Assembly: GCA_963977185.1 (NCBI GenBank)
Contig: CAXBNV010000002.1
Span: 5,572-69,571, forward strand
DNA from: an uncultured Gammaproteobacteria bacterium
GTDB lineage: Bacteria > Pseudomonadota > Gammaproteobacteria > JAGOUU01
Direction of reading: 5' to 3'
DNA: 64,000 bases
How positions within the stretch are numbered: position 1 is the stretch's first letter; every line of letters begins with the position of its first letter. Shown piece by piece: positions 50,172 to 60,839 of this stretch. Both the position numbers and the translations under genes were made by a program. Below the pieces are notes generated by a model. It saw only the letters and a program-made list of their open reading frames with translations, was not told the DNA's origin and made no database searches.

Positions 50172-53100
50172 TTATTCATCAAGACACAACAAAGAAGCAT
50201 TTCCACCTTGAGCTGTAATATCATAAGATAAAGCTCTTTCTGTACATAATCTTGATAAATAAAGAGGCCCGCCTGCTTTTGGTCCAGTACCAGATAATCC
50301 TTCACCCCCAAACGGTTGTAATCCTACTACAGCGCCAATAATATTTCTATTCGCATAACAGTTACCTACTTTTACTTTATTTCTAATATAATTAATTTTT
50401 TCATCAATTCTACTATGAACTCCAAAAGTAAGACCGTAGCCTGTATTATTAATTTCTTGAATCACTTTATCTAAATCTTTTTCTTTATATCTTACTATAT
50501 GTAAAATAGGACCAAATATTTCATGAGTTAAAATTTTGCTAGACTTTAATTCAAAAGCACAAGGACCAAAATAAAAGCCTTGTTTGCTAAGCTCATTAGA
50601 TACTGGCACTTTATATAGTAATTTAACATCTGGATTTTCATTCATAGCTTTTTCATGAGCTTGTAGAATATCTAAAGCTGTTTTATCTATTACAGGCCCA
50701 CAATCAGTGTCTAAATTAGCTGGATTTCCTATTGATAAAGTCTCCATTGCACCTTTAAGCATTTTAATTATTTCATCAGCTACATCATCTTGAAGATATA
50801 ATATTCTTAAAGCTGAGCATCTTTGGCCTGCGCTATCAAATGCAGAATAAACAACATCTGTTACAACTTGTTCTGGCAAAGCACTAGAATCAACTATCAT
50901 TGAATTAAGTCCACCTGTTTCAGCAATTAAAGTCCCAATCGCTGAATCTTTTGCTGCTAACTGTCTATTAATAATCCTTGCTGTATCACTTCCTCCGGTA
51001 AATATAACTCCATGAACTCTTGGATCAGAAATAATATGTTTACCTATAGTTGCACCCTCACCTAAAACTAAGCTTAATGCAGCTTTTGGCAAGCCTGCTT
51101 TAAAAAACAAATCTATAGCATATGCTGCTATTAAAGAAGTTTGCTCTGCAGGTTTTGCTATAACAGTATTTCCTGTTACTAATGCAGCAGTTATTTGCCC
51201 TAAAAAGATTGCTAAAGGAAAATTCCATGGACTTATACATGTCATGACTCCTTTAGGATGCATTGTTAACTCATCACGCTCTCCGGTGTATCCTTTTAAA
51301 TCTTTTGGTTTAAATAGCTCTATAGCACTTTTTGCATAATATCTGCAAAAATCTACAGCTTCACGTACTTCTCCTACTGCGTTATTAATACTTTTACCAG
51401 CTTCCATAACAGCAAGAACTATAAAAGTATCTATATTTTCTTCTAATAAATCAGAATATTTATTTAAAATATCAGCTCGTTTTTCAACGCCCAGTTGATC
51501 CCAAGTATCTTGATAATCATATACTGTATCTATTGCTGATTTAATATCTTGTTCATTAATAAATGAAGCATGTCCTATAATCTTACTATGATCATAAGAA
51601 CATTTTATTTCTGTTTTTTGATTGCTTGATATTAACTTGCCGTTAATTACTGAACAAGCTTGCCAAACTTTATTTTCTAAATTTTTGTCATGTACTTTTT
51701 TAAATAAATCGTTACGTTCTATCATACTGCTTAAATCAAGTCCTTTACTGTTTAATCGAGGAAAATGAGATTCTCGAAAAATGTTTTTTGGTAAATTTAT
51801 TTTACTATGGTGTTTATTTGAATGTCTAGCCGCTTCATCTATGGGGTTAGCTATAATTGCATCAATCGGTTGATTTACATCTATTAGTCTATTAACAAAA
51901 GAAGTATTAGCTCCGTTTTCTAATAACCTTCTAACCAAATAAGACAACAAATCTTTATGAATCCCAACTGGTGCATAGATTCTACATTTTAAATGCTTAG
52001 TTACATCTTTATTTAGCTCATCATTGAAAACAGCATGATATAAATGTTCTCCCATACCGTGCAATCTTTGAAATTCAAAATCAAAAACATGATAATGTTT
52101 ACTAAAACTTAATATAGCTGCAACTGAAAAGGCATTATGTGTTGCAAATTGTGGGTAGATACAATCATTGTTTTCAAATAATTTTCTTGCGCAGGCTATA
52201 TAAGATACGTCAGTATTTACTTTTCTAGTAAAAACTGGAAAATCAACATAACCATTCATCTGGCTAACCTTAATTTCTCTATCCCAGTACGCCCCTTTTA
52301 CTAAGCGCATCATGATTTTTTTATTATATTTTTTACTTAAAGAAATTAAATAATCTATAACACTATATGCTCTTTTTTGATATGCTTGTACCGCAAGACC
52401 TAATCCATCCCATTTTGCAAATTCAGCATGAGCAAATACTTTATGAAAAATGTTTAAAGAAATATCTAACCTTTCGCTTTCTTCTGCATCTATTGTCAAG
52501 CCGATATTGCTGTGTTTTGCTAATGACGTTAACTCTAAGACTTTATTATATAAATTATTATTAAGTCTTTCTTCTTTAGCAAACTCATAACGTGGCTCAA
52601 GTGCTGAAAGTTTAATAGAAATACCAGGATTTAATTTTACATCAGAAGATTTAGCTTCTTTTTTTAATTTTAAAATAGCATCTTTATAAGCTTCAAAATA
52701 TTTATCAGCATCTTTATTTGTTTTTGCTGCTTCACCTAACATATCATAAGAATAAAGATACCCTCGAGATTCCCATTTTTCTGCACGTTTTAAAGCACCA
52801 GAAATACTTTCTCCAAGAACAAACTGCTTGCCTAAAATTTTCATAGCTTTAACAACAGCTAACCTAATAAAAGGCTCGCCACTTACTTCTGCTATTTTTT
52901 TTATTCCAGATAACAATTTACTTGAGGTTAATTTATCTTTTGATACTATGTTTCCTGTAAGCATTAATGCCCAAGTTGCTGCATTTACAAATATTGAATC
53001 ACTGGCACCAATATGTTTTTTCCAAGAAGAACCGCCTATTTTGTCTCTAATTAAAATATCTCTTGTGTCATTATCAGGAATACGTAATAAAGCCTCAGCC

Positions 53101-53381
53101 ATACACATAAGTGATATGCCTTCTTGAGTACTTAAGCCAAATTGTATTAAAAAAGCATCTAAACCAGATATTTTAAATTTAGTTGCTCTAATATATTCAA
53201 CCAAGCTTCTTGCTGTGTGGCTTGTGTAGGATAATTCTTCTTCTGAAAACTTAGCTTTACCTATTAATTGATCTATAAGTATACTTTCGTCAATATGATA
53301 ATATTTATCTCGAGATTTTAAAGCATCTAAGTCGCTTGATTCTGGGGTTAAATCTTTATTGGAGAAATTAAATAGATTCAT
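50172..53381 (-). CDS. putA: Bifunctional proline dehydrogenase / delta-1-pyrroline-5-carboxylate dehydrogenase PutA, lacking the N-terminal RHH DNA-binding domain
   Basis: 1069-aa protein. The N-terminus aligns to E. coli PutA from about residue 90 (…LSTQEGISLMCMAEALLRIPD), followed by the PRODH barrel and the aldehyde dehydrogenase domain (…ETGGLNSMIVD…). Confidence 0.95.
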   Translation of the reverse strand: MNLFNFSNKDLTPESSDLDALKSRDKYYHIDESILIDQLIGKAKFSEEELSYTSHTARSLVEYIRATKFKISGLDAFLIQFGLSTQEGISLMCMAEALLRIPDNDTRDILIRDKIGGSSWKKHIGASDSIFVNAATWALMLTGNIVSKDKLTSSKLLSGIKKIAEVSGEPFIRLAVVKAMKILGKQFVLGESISGALKRAEKWESRGYLYSYDMLGEAAKTNKDADKYFEAYKDAILKLKKEAKSSDVKLNPGISIKLSALEPRYEFAKEERLNNNLYNKVLELTSLAKHSNIGLTIDAEESERLDISLNIFHKVFAHAEFAKWDGLGLAVQAYQKRAYSVIDYLISLSKKYNKKIMMRLVKGAYWDREIKVSQMNGYVDFPVFTRKVNTDVSYIACARKLFENNDCIYPQFATHNAFSVAAILSFSKHYHVFDFEFQRLHGMGEHLYHAVFNDELNKDVTKHLKCRIYAPVGIHKDLLSYLVRRLLENGANTSFVNRLIDVNQPIDAIIANPIDEAARHSNKHHSKINLPKNIFRESHFPRLNSKGLDLSSMIERNDLFKKVHDKNLENKVWQACSVINGKLISSNQKTEIKCSYDHSKIIGHASFINEQDIKSAIDTVYDYQDTWDQLGVEKRADILNKYSDLLEENIDTFIVLAVMEAGKSINNAVGEVREAVDFCRYYAKSAIELFKPKDLKGYTGERDELTMHPKGVMTCISPWNFPLAIFLGQITAALVTGNTVIAKPAEQTSLIAAYAIDLFFKAGLPKAALSLVLGEGATIGKHIISDPRVHGVIFTGGSDTARIINRQLAAKDSAIGTLIAETGGLNSMIVDSSALPEQVVTDVVYSAFDSAGQRCSALRILYLQDDVADEIIKMLKGAMETLSIGNPANLDTDCGPVIDKTALDILQAHEKAMNENPDVKLLYKVPVSNELSKQGFYFGPCAFELKSSKILTHEIFGPILHIVRYKEKDLDKVIQEINNTGYGLTFGVHSRIDEKINYIRNKVKVGNCYANRNIIGAVVGLQPFGGEGLSGTGPKAGGPLYLSRLCTERALSYDITAQGGNASLLCLDE

Positions 53382-53617
53382 GTAAATCCTTGATTTATAG
53401 GTAATATTTATATTAAAGCAATATTTTTTACATCAAAATCCATCTTACTCGATTTGCTCACCCCTTTCTTTAAAAAAGAAAGATATTATATTTGCTCCGC
53501 AAATATTGATTTATTAAAAATAATATCATTTATATTGCAACGTTTATAGCATTATATTATACTATCTAAATGCGAATAATTATCATTTACATTTAAATCA
53601 AATCATTAGGAATTATA

Positions 53618-54688
53618 ATGCAAAAAGAGATATCTAGCATTCTTACTTTATCGATGACAGCATCTATCTTTACTTTAAGCTATACTGGCTTGATGCTATT
53701 GCTACCTAGTACTTCTTTAATATTTATTCCTAGTACTATACTTGCGGCAATTATTGCGGGATCTGCAGCGATTACTGATGGATATATATATGGTAAAAAT
53801 ATTAATCAAGGAATAACTAGATTTTTTGATCATGCTAACTCTTTAAATGAAGATGGATTATTTAAATTAATCATAATAGGCTCTTTAACTGCTGCATCTA
53901 TTAGTTCAGGATTAGCTATAGCATCTAGTGCTTTTGAGTTTTTAACTATAATATACCCTACCCTAATTATGACTAATTCTGTATTTGCCGGCATATTTGC
54001 AATGTCAGCTATAGCAAGTTTTTCATATTTCTTTAATCTGTACAATATAGCCTATGACTTATACCAATGCGATGATAATCACATTCAAAAATGGTTTGAA
54101 AAACTTAAAAATCCAGAACTTAGTATTGATTATTTAAGATTTACTGCTCTTTTAACTTTAAGTGGCCTTTATAGCATTTTTACTTTTAGCGCTTGGCAAA
54201 ATAAAATAAACGATGTTAAAAATATGTTTCCTCTTTTTGGTTCTGTCTTTCAAAGCGCCTCTATTGGCTGTTATAGTTTTTGGGACTCAATAGCTTCTTT
54301 TGGAAATGCTTACGCTGCGATACAAGATATTGATCATAATGAGAGTAATGAAAAAAATATTACAGATATAATAAAAGAAATAAAACCCGATGCTTCGATA
54401 AATGATAGTAACTATGAAGTATTTTATAAAAATACAATGAAACCTATTATTTTTATCATCCATACTGTTGGAGAAGCTTGCACAATGATTGCTCCTGGAG
54501 CATTTGCATTTCTTAGTGCTGCAGTAGCATTTACTTTTAAAAATTTAGCTGAATTCAATCAATTCTTAGGTGGCCATGATGATGACCATGAACACGAACA
54601 TAGCGACTGTGCTTTTGGTCATTCTCATGATGAAAACCCAATTGATTATATTTTATGTACAACTCCAAAAAAAATGTTTGGTATTTAA
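53618..54688 (+). CDS. Hypothetical polytopic membrane protein with a His/Asp-rich C-terminal tail
   Basis: 356-aa protein with about 8 TM segments and the C-terminal tail GGHDDDHEHEHSDCAFGHSHDENP. It is divergent from putA. Confidence 0.5.
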   Translation: MQKEISSILTLSMTASIFTLSYTGLMLLLPSTSLIFIPSTILAAIIAGSAAITDGYIYGKNINQGITRFFDHANSLNEDGLFKLIIIGSLTAASISSGLAIASSAFEFLTIIYPTLIMTNSVFAGIFAMSAIASFSYFFNLYNIAYDLYQCDDNHIQKWFEKLKNPELSIDYLRFTALLTLSGLYSIFTFSAWQNKINDVKNMFPLFGSVFQSASIGCYSFWDSIASFGNAYAAIQDIDHNESNEKNITDIIKEIKPDASINDSNYEVFYKNTMKPIIFIIHTVGEACTMIAPGAFAFLSAAVAFTFKNLAEFNQFLGGHDDDHEHEHSDCAFGHSHDENPIDYILCTTPKKMFGI

Positions 54689-54835
54689 AATATAAATTTA
54701 ACTAATATATTATATAATTTAAATATTAAGCTTCAATAAGTTTTCAGTGTAATACAGACTTTTTACATATAAATATCATATTTCTATACTTTTACTATAC
54801 TAAACATTAAATAATTGTTTTAAAGTGAGAATATT

Positions 54836-55090
54836 ATGAAAAAAGCTATGTGTACTTGGTGGGCATTTTTTTGGAGATACGTTATTATCTTCTTTATTTT
54901 ATTGTTTTTACTAGGATTTTTCTCTGGCGTTCAAGGTGGAATCTATTTAGAAACACTTACATCTCCGCATGCTATAGTTCATGCTATAAGAACTAGCGAT
55001 GACATTACTCTAATAATTATTAATTCAATGTGCCATATTGTTGCATCTTTTATTTCTATTTATCTTGTAGTAAGAAAAAAGAAGTTATAA
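54836..55090 (+). CDS. Small hypothetical membrane protein (84 aa)
   Basis: Two predicted TM segments. No homology recognised. Weak call. Confidence 0.3.
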   Translation: MKKAMCTWWAFFWRYVIIFFILLFLLGFFSGVQGGIYLETLTSPHAIVHAIRTSDDITLIIINSMCHIVASFISIYLVVRKKKL

Positions 55091-55197
55091 AAAATAATTT
55101 GTTATAAATGTGATTTTAATGGGTACTGTAGACATTCTTTAAAATAGAATGTCTACTAAAAAATTAGCATTATTTGTTTTATATTAATAATATATTA

Positions 55198-55800
55198 TTA
55201 TGGATTTAATGAAACATTACCAACAGTTTTACATAATGAAAAATTTGTCATTGCTGATATATTATTGTTAGCTCTTATAGCATAAATATATTTTCCTGAA
55301 GCTCCAACAGGAATAACGAATTGTACTGTATTGGAACCATCTCTACGATTACCCCCTATGCTTGTACATCTAGATACTCGATTAGCTGCAACGTTTGTTG
55401 CATCACAAAGCCAAATACCACCGTCTCTATTTGCTGAATCAGCATTTGATTTAATTGCCGTAAAAGTATAACCCAATAAACTAACTGGCGTTTGATCCAT
55501 AAAAGCATTTGTATTATAGCAAGTTCCTGATCCACAAACATTAGATGGCTGATTGTTTAAAATAGTACAATTTCCAGTTTTTAAATAGGTATTTAATGTT
55601 GGAATACCTGCTCCTATTGTCTTATTAACTTTAGTAGCTAGCTCTGCAGTTGTTGTCTTTAATGTTTCAGTTGTTGTCTTTAATGTTTCAATTTTGGATT
55701 CTAATTCAGCGATTGCTTGTTCAATTGTAGTGTTAGCAAAAAGATTTTGAGTAAATATTAACGGCACAGTATTGAAAATTAAAAATTTTAATATTTTCAC
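55198..55800 (-). CDS. Small secreted Cys-containing protein, paralog A of a tandem duplication
   Basis: Signal peptide MKILKFLIFNTVPLIFTQNLFA; a coiled-coil-like segment carrying an extra LKTTTET repeat; then a Cys-containing domain (…GNCTILNNQP…CGSGTCYNTN…GGIWLCD…). About 65% identical to 55931..56527. Confidence 0.6.
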   Translation of the reverse strand: MKILKFLIFNTVPLIFTQNLFANTTIEQAIAELESKIETLKTTTETLKTTTAELATKVNKTIGAGIPTLNTYLKTGNCTILNNQPSNVCGSGTCYNTNAFMDQTPVSLLGYTFTAIKSNADSANRDGGIWLCDATNVAANRVSRCTSIGGNRRDGSNTVQFVIPVGASGKYIYAIRANNNISAMTNFSLCKTVGNVSLNP

Positions 55801-55930
55801 TTTTAAAAATGTCCTTTATATTAATAAAAATATTCAACTGCTACTCTTTAAAATATAGCATAAAAATATTAAAATTATATAAACAAACATTCCTTAAAAT
55901 ATAATTCCTACCATAGAAATTTTAGTATTA

Positions 55931-56527
55931 TTATGGATCAAGTGACATAGCCTCAACAGTTCTACACAATGAAAAAGTTGTCATCGCTGATATGGCAGAA
56001 GCTCCTAATAAACCAGTTGGCCCTACGGCATAGATATATTTTCCTGTCGCCCCAACAGGAATAGTGAACTCAACTGTCTTTGAACCATCCCTACGATTCC
56101 TTCCTATATTTGTACATTGATTTGCTGTGGCAGCTCCAAGGTTTCTTTCATCACAAAGCCAAATACCACCGTCTCTATTCGTTGGATCGGCAGTTGATTT
56201 AATTGCAGTAAACCTACAACCTATTAAACTAACTGGCGCTTGATCCATAAAAGTATTTGTGTTATAACAAGTTCCGATTGAACAAGCATTTGTAGGCTGA
56301 TTATTTAAAACAATACAGTTTCCGGTTTTTAAATGGATATCTAATTCTGGCATACCTGGTCCTATTGTTTTATTCATTTTAGTAACTAGTTCTCTAGTTA
56401 TTGTCTTCAATGTTGCAATTTGGGATTTTAATTCAGCAATTTCTTGCCCGATTGCAGTGTCAGCGAATAGGTTTTGAGCAAATATTAATGACACTGTATT
56501 GAAAATTAAAAATTTTAATATTTTCAC
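55931..56527 (-). CDS. Small secreted Cys-containing protein, paralog B of a tandem duplication
   Basis: Same architecture as paralog A. The ~65 bp upstream of both genes are nearly identical (ttttaaaaat[g/t]tcctttatattaataaaaatattcaa…aaaatatagcataaaaat). Confidence 0.6.
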   Translation of the reverse strand: MKILKFLIFNTVSLIFAQNLFADTAIGQEIAELKSQIATLKTITRELVTKMNKTIGPGMPELDIHLKTGNCIVLNNQPTNACSIGTCYNTNTFMDQAPVSLIGCRFTAIKSTADPTNRDGGIWLCDERNLGAATANQCTNIGRNRRDGSKTVEFTIPVGATGKYIYAVGPTGLLGASAISAMTTFSLCRTVEAMSLDP

Positions 56528-56594
56528 TTTTAAAAATTTCCTTTATATTAATAAAAATATTCAATTACAACTTTTAAAAATATAGCATAAAAAT

Positions 56595-58472
56595 TTAATA
56601 TTTTTTTATGACCTGAATAAACTTAGCGCTATATTTATCAAGTTTATATTGTCCTACCCCATTAATAGCAAGCATTCTAGTTTTATCTATTGGTTTAAAA
56701 GCTGCCATTTCAATTAACGTTGCGTCATTAAACACAACAAAAGCAGGAATATTTTCTATTTCAGCAATTTCCTTTCTTGCATCTTTTAACTCTTTAAATA
56801 AATCTTGGTTGTATTCTAAATTATCAATTTTATCTTTTAAACTTGCTTTTTTTGAAGCTTTAACTTTTCCATCTTTGGATTTTAATTTTTTATTTAAAGC
56901 ATCTTTATTAAATTTAGCTAAAAATACTTTTTCCTGATTTTTTAATATTTTTTTAACATTTTCTATGTTAATTATTTTTAAAACTTGGTAATTTTTTATA
57001 TCCTGCTCAATAAAACCTTTATGAATAATTTGTCTTATTATATTAAACCATTGTTCTTCACTATAATCTTTGCCTATAGCATAGGTACTTAATTTATCAT
57101 GCCCTGATCTTTTAACTTTCTCATTGTTAGAGCCACGCAAAATACTAACAACATAATTAACACCATATGTTTGATTTAATCTATGTATACAAGATATTAC
57201 TTTTTGTACATCAACTGTTGCATCATATGTCTCTAAAGGGTTATTACAAATATCACAATTATTACATTCTCCTTTATGGTATTCAGAAAAATAATTTAAT
57301 AATATTTGACGTCTACAAGTAAAACTTTCAGCAAAATTAATCATACATTGTAATTTATAGGTATCTATTTTTTGCTGATTTTCTGTTGAATCTTTTTGTT
57401 CTATTAAAAATTTTTGAATCATAATATCAGCAGTGCTATATAATAATATAGCCTGTGATGCCAAACCATCTCGGCCTGCTCTTCCTGTTTCTTGATAATA
57501 TCCTTCAATATTTTTAGGAATATCATAATGAATGACAAATCTTACATTTGGTTTATCTATTCCCATACCAAATGCAACTGTTGCAACTATAATATTTACT
57601 TTATCAAACTTAAAATCATCTTGAGCTTTTTCTCTTATTTTAAGCCCTAACCCTGCATGATAAGCAAGAGCTGAAAATCCTTTGGTATTTAAATACTCTG
57701 CTACATCTTCTACTTTTTTCCTACTAGAACAATATATAATACCTGTTTGGCTATCAGTGTTTTTTAGTATCTTAATTAATTGATCTTTGGGTTTATATTT
57801 CTCTATAACAGTATATTCTATATTTGGTCTATCAAAACTTGCTATATGTATCTTTGCTGATGGAATATTTAACTGCGTTAAAATATCTTCTCTAGTTGCT
57901 TTATCAGCTGTTGCCGTCAAAGCTATTACTGGCGTTTTTGGAAAAATATTTTTTATATAATGTAATTTTGTATATTCAGGTCTAAAATCATGCCCCCACT
58001 GGGAAATACAATGAGCTTCATCAATTACAAATAAAGATATATCTATATCTTTTAATCTATCTATAAAATTATTAGAAATTAATTTCTCTGGTGATACATA
58101 TAATAATTTTAAATTATCATTATATAAATCATTTAATATTCTTCTTGCTTCAATACTTGTTAAACTAGAATTATAATATTCAGCTTTAACACCATTTTGT
58201 TTTAATGCTTGAACTTGATCTTGCATTAATGAAATTAACGGTGAAATTACTATTGTTAACCCATCTTTTACTAATGCTGGAATTTGATAACATAATGATT
58301 TTCCGCCGCCAGTTGGCATTAGAACAAAGTTATCATTATTTTCTAAAACACTTTTTATAATTTCTTTTTGTAACGGCCTGAAAGATTTAAAACCAAAAGT
58401 TTTATTTAATATTTTTTCTGCTGTACCAAATAAACTAACGCTTAAAGATACTTCCTGATTTTCTTGATACAT
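56595..58472 (-). CDS. recQ: ATP-dependent DNA helicase RecQ
   Basis: 625-aa protein with the motifs MPTGGGKSLCYQIPAL, DEAHCISQWGHDFRPEY, a Zn-binding Cys cluster, and RQC and HRDC regions. Confidence 0.95.
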   Translation of the reverse strand: MYQENQEVSLSVSLFGTAEKILNKTFGFKSFRPLQKEIIKSVLENNDNFVLMPTGGGKSLCYQIPALVKDGLTIVISPLISLMQDQVQALKQNGVKAEYYNSSLTSIEARRILNDLYNDNLKLLYVSPEKLISNNFIDRLKDIDISLFVIDEAHCISQWGHDFRPEYTKLHYIKNIFPKTPVIALTATADKATREDILTQLNIPSAKIHIASFDRPNIEYTVIEKYKPKDQLIKILKNTDSQTGIIYCSSRKKVEDVAEYLNTKGFSALAYHAGLGLKIREKAQDDFKFDKVNIIVATVAFGMGIDKPNVRFVIHYDIPKNIEGYYQETGRAGRDGLASQAILLYSTADIMIQKFLIEQKDSTENQQKIDTYKLQCMINFAESFTCRRQILLNYFSEYHKGECNNCDICNNPLETYDATVDVQKVISCIHRLNQTYGVNYVVSILRGSNNEKVKRSGHDKLSTYAIGKDYSEEQWFNIIRQIIHKGFIEQDIKNYQVLKIINIENVKKILKNQEKVFLAKFNKDALNKKLKSKDGKVKASKKASLKDKIDNLEYNQDLFKELKDARKEIAEIENIPAFVVFNDATLIEMAAFKPIDKTRMLAINGVGQYKLDKYSAKFIQVIKKY

Positions 58473-58720
58473 GTTTATTTTTTAATATTTATTACTAGTA
58501 TTGCTAATAAATCACAAGACCATAAATTTAAGAACAAATGTTTTTTATATAATTAAATTAGCTATTATTTTTAACTAAATGACTATAAATTTTATCTGGA
58601 TTTAATGTTTTACTTTGTGGATTAGAAAACCACATATATTTAATAAATATTAGAGCCATTACCTTTATGATAATAACCGCCATAATTTCTTTAAATAATC
58701 TTTGTTCCATAAAATATAAT

Positions 58721-59425
58721 TTATTTATTATTAACGATATTATTTCTAATATAAATTGGTATTGCCAATTCAGCATCAATCAAATTACCATTAGAAAAAT
58801 AATGCTCAGCAAGCTCAAAACTATATTGTACATCAGGATAACTTGCTTTACTATACTTTAAATCATAGTTTGCGCAAAAATCATTTAACTCTGTAATAAC
58901 ACTCCAAGCATTACCTAAATAATAATTATTAGTTAAATTATTATCTTGCTTTAGTAATTCTATAATTTGCGAACTTGTATATAACTGCTCTTTTACATAC
59001 TTGTAATTTAAAAAATCATCTTTAGTATAACAAGCAAAATAAATTTCATCTTTTCTAGCATCTTGAGCTATATAAATTTTCTGATTATCTTTAATCTTAT
59101 CTTGATCTTTTCTTAAAAATTCAGCTATAACCTGCAAACTTGATAGCTTTATAATTTTTAGATTATTTGCAAATGCTAAAGCTTGAGCAACACTTGCTGC
59201 AACTCTTAGACCAGTAAAACTTCCAGGCCCTGCTGAAAAAACAATACTATCTAAATTATTTAAACTAATATTCGCTTTATTTAGTAAATCATCTAATAAA
59301 GTTAATATTATTTGGTTATTCTTTTTATCTTTAGAATTACTATTTATGTTATAGATTTTATCATTAACTTGAATTGCTAAAGAGCATATATCAGTACTTG
59401 TATCAATTGCTAAATAATTATTCAT
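58721..59425 (-). CDS. tsaB: tRNA threonylcarbamoyladenosine biosynthesis protein TsaB (YeaZ)
   Basis: Motifs LAIDTSTDICSLAI and GPGSFTGLRVAASVAQALA. The ORF in the track extends to 59443; the likely true start is the Met at 59425. Confidence 0.8.
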   Translation of the reverse strand: MNNYLAIDTSTDICSLAIQVNDKIYNINSNSKDKKNNQIILTLLDDLLNKANISLNNLDSIVFSAGPGSFTGLRVAASVAQALAFANNLKIIKLSSLQVIAEFLRKDQDKIKDNQKIYIAQDARKDEIYFACYTKDDFLNYKYVKEQLYTSSQIIELLKQDNNLTNNYYLGNAWSVITELNDFCANYDLKYSKASYPDVQYSFELAEHYFSNGNLIDAELAIPIYIRNNIVNNK

Positions 59426-59525
59426 ATATTCACTAACTTTCACTTTATAAATCAGTCTATTATACTATACTGTAATATAACGTAGATATTTATTATATAA
59501 TATTATTTTAGAATTATAACTGCTT

Positions 59526-59933
59526 ATGACTAATAAACCAAATTCAAATGATGCAATGAATTTACCACAAGGTGAACTTGTAATACAAACTGTTGCTATG
59601 CCTAATAGTACTAATTTTAATGGTGATATTTTTGGTGGCTGGCTTTTATCACAAATGGATATGGGTGCAGGAATTGTTGCAACAAGAAGATGTCAAAAAA
59701 GATGTGCAACTGTCGCCATAGATAAAATAGAGTTTTTATCTCCTGTTAAAGTTGGTGATACTGTATGTTGCTATGGTAAATTAATCAATGTTGGTCGTAC
59801 TTCAATGAAAATTCAAATACAAGCATGGGTTATAAGAAAATTAACTAATCAAAGAAAAAAAGTAACTGATGGGCTATTTACTTTTGTTGCCATAAACGAA
59901 GATGGCAATCCTGTTCCTGTTGATGATAAATAG
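59526..59933 (+). CDS. yciA: Acyl-CoA thioesterase (hotdog fold, YciA-like)
   Basis: 135-aa protein with the motif GDIFGGWLLSQMDMGAGIVA, typical of YciA. Confidence 0.75.
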   Translation: MTNKPNSNDAMNLPQGELVIQTVAMPNSTNFNGDIFGGWLLSQMDMGAGIVATRRCQKRCATVAIDKIEFLSPVKVGDTVCCYGKLINVGRTSMKIQIQAWVIRKLTNQRKKVTDGLFTFVAINEDGNPVPVDDK

Positions 59934-59973
59934 CATGTACTTTACTCCAATCCACTCAATTACAAGTAATCTA

Positions 59974-60828
59974 ATGAGCTTAAAAAAAGTTTTAACTTTA
60001 ATATCACTCTTGCTTCCTATAACATTTATTTATGGCTCTCAAGTTACAGGGTTTCCAAAACAAGAACTAGTTCCTGGTGGCATTGCTATAATTGAAATAC
60101 CAATAAATACTATAAAAGCAACTTATAAAAATAAGCCTTTATTTATTACTAAAAAAAACAATAAGAAATATACAATCATAGGTATTCCATTAAATTTAGA
60201 GAGCAATATTAAACAGAATAAAAAACTCAAACAAAAAATCACGATACATACTAAAGATGGCAAAAGCCAAATAAAAAATTTTTTTATAAATTTAAAAAAA
60301 TACCCAACCTCAAAAATTACTATTAAAAACCAGCAAATGGTTAAACCTAATAATAATAATTTAAACACAATCATTAATGATCAAATGTTACTTAAAGCTA
60401 GTTATAAACATTATCAAAAATATCCAAATAATAACTTAAATAATTTGATATTATCTCAACCAACAAAAGGCATTGCTTCAAGCAGTTTTGGTGCAAGAAG
60501 AATTATTAATAATATTAAAAAAAATCCTCATAAAGGAATGGATATAGCATCTCCAAAAGGAACACCTATTTACTCTTCGCAACCTGGCAAAGTAATTTTA
60601 GCTAAAAATTTATATCTTCCCGGAAACACTGTAATTATTGATCATGGCAAAGGTTTTAAAACTTTGTATGCCCACTTAGATAAAATTTTTGTTAAAAATA
60701 ATCAGTTTATTAAACAAAATTATAAAATAGGAACCGTTGGAAATACTGGTCGAGTTACAGGGCCTCATTTGCATTGGTCTGTAATACTAAATGGTGAAGT
60801 TATTAACCCTAATTTATTTTTGAAATAG
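59974..60828 (+). CDS. M23 family metallopeptidase (LytM/NlpD-like) with signal peptide
   Basis: C-terminal M23 motifs HKGMDIASPKGTPIYS, TVIIDHGKGFKTLYAHL and GPHLHWSV. The likely start is MSLKKVLTLISLLLP at 59974; the ORF track begins upstream at 59902. Confidence 0.85.
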   Translation: MSLKKVLTLISLLLPITFIYGSQVTGFPKQELVPGGIAIIEIPINTIKATYKNKPLFITKKNNKKYTIIGIPLNLESNIKQNKKLKQKITIHTKDGKSQIKNFFINLKKYPTSKITIKNQQMVKPNNNNLNTIINDQMLLKASYKHYQKYPNNNLNNLILSQPTKGIASSSFGARRIINNIKKNPHKGMDIASPKGTPIYSSQPGKVILAKNLYLPGNTVIIDHGKGFKTLYAHLDKIFVKNNQFIKQNYKIGTVGNTGRVTGPHLHWSVILNGEVINPNLFLK

Positions 60829-60839
60829 AGAAACAAAAT

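Noticed and set aside
58558-58861. Two small overlapping ORFs (73 and 64 aa) between recQ and tsaB
   Set aside because: They overlap each other and the 3' end of tsaB on opposite strands. There is no conservation signal, so they are most likely spurious.
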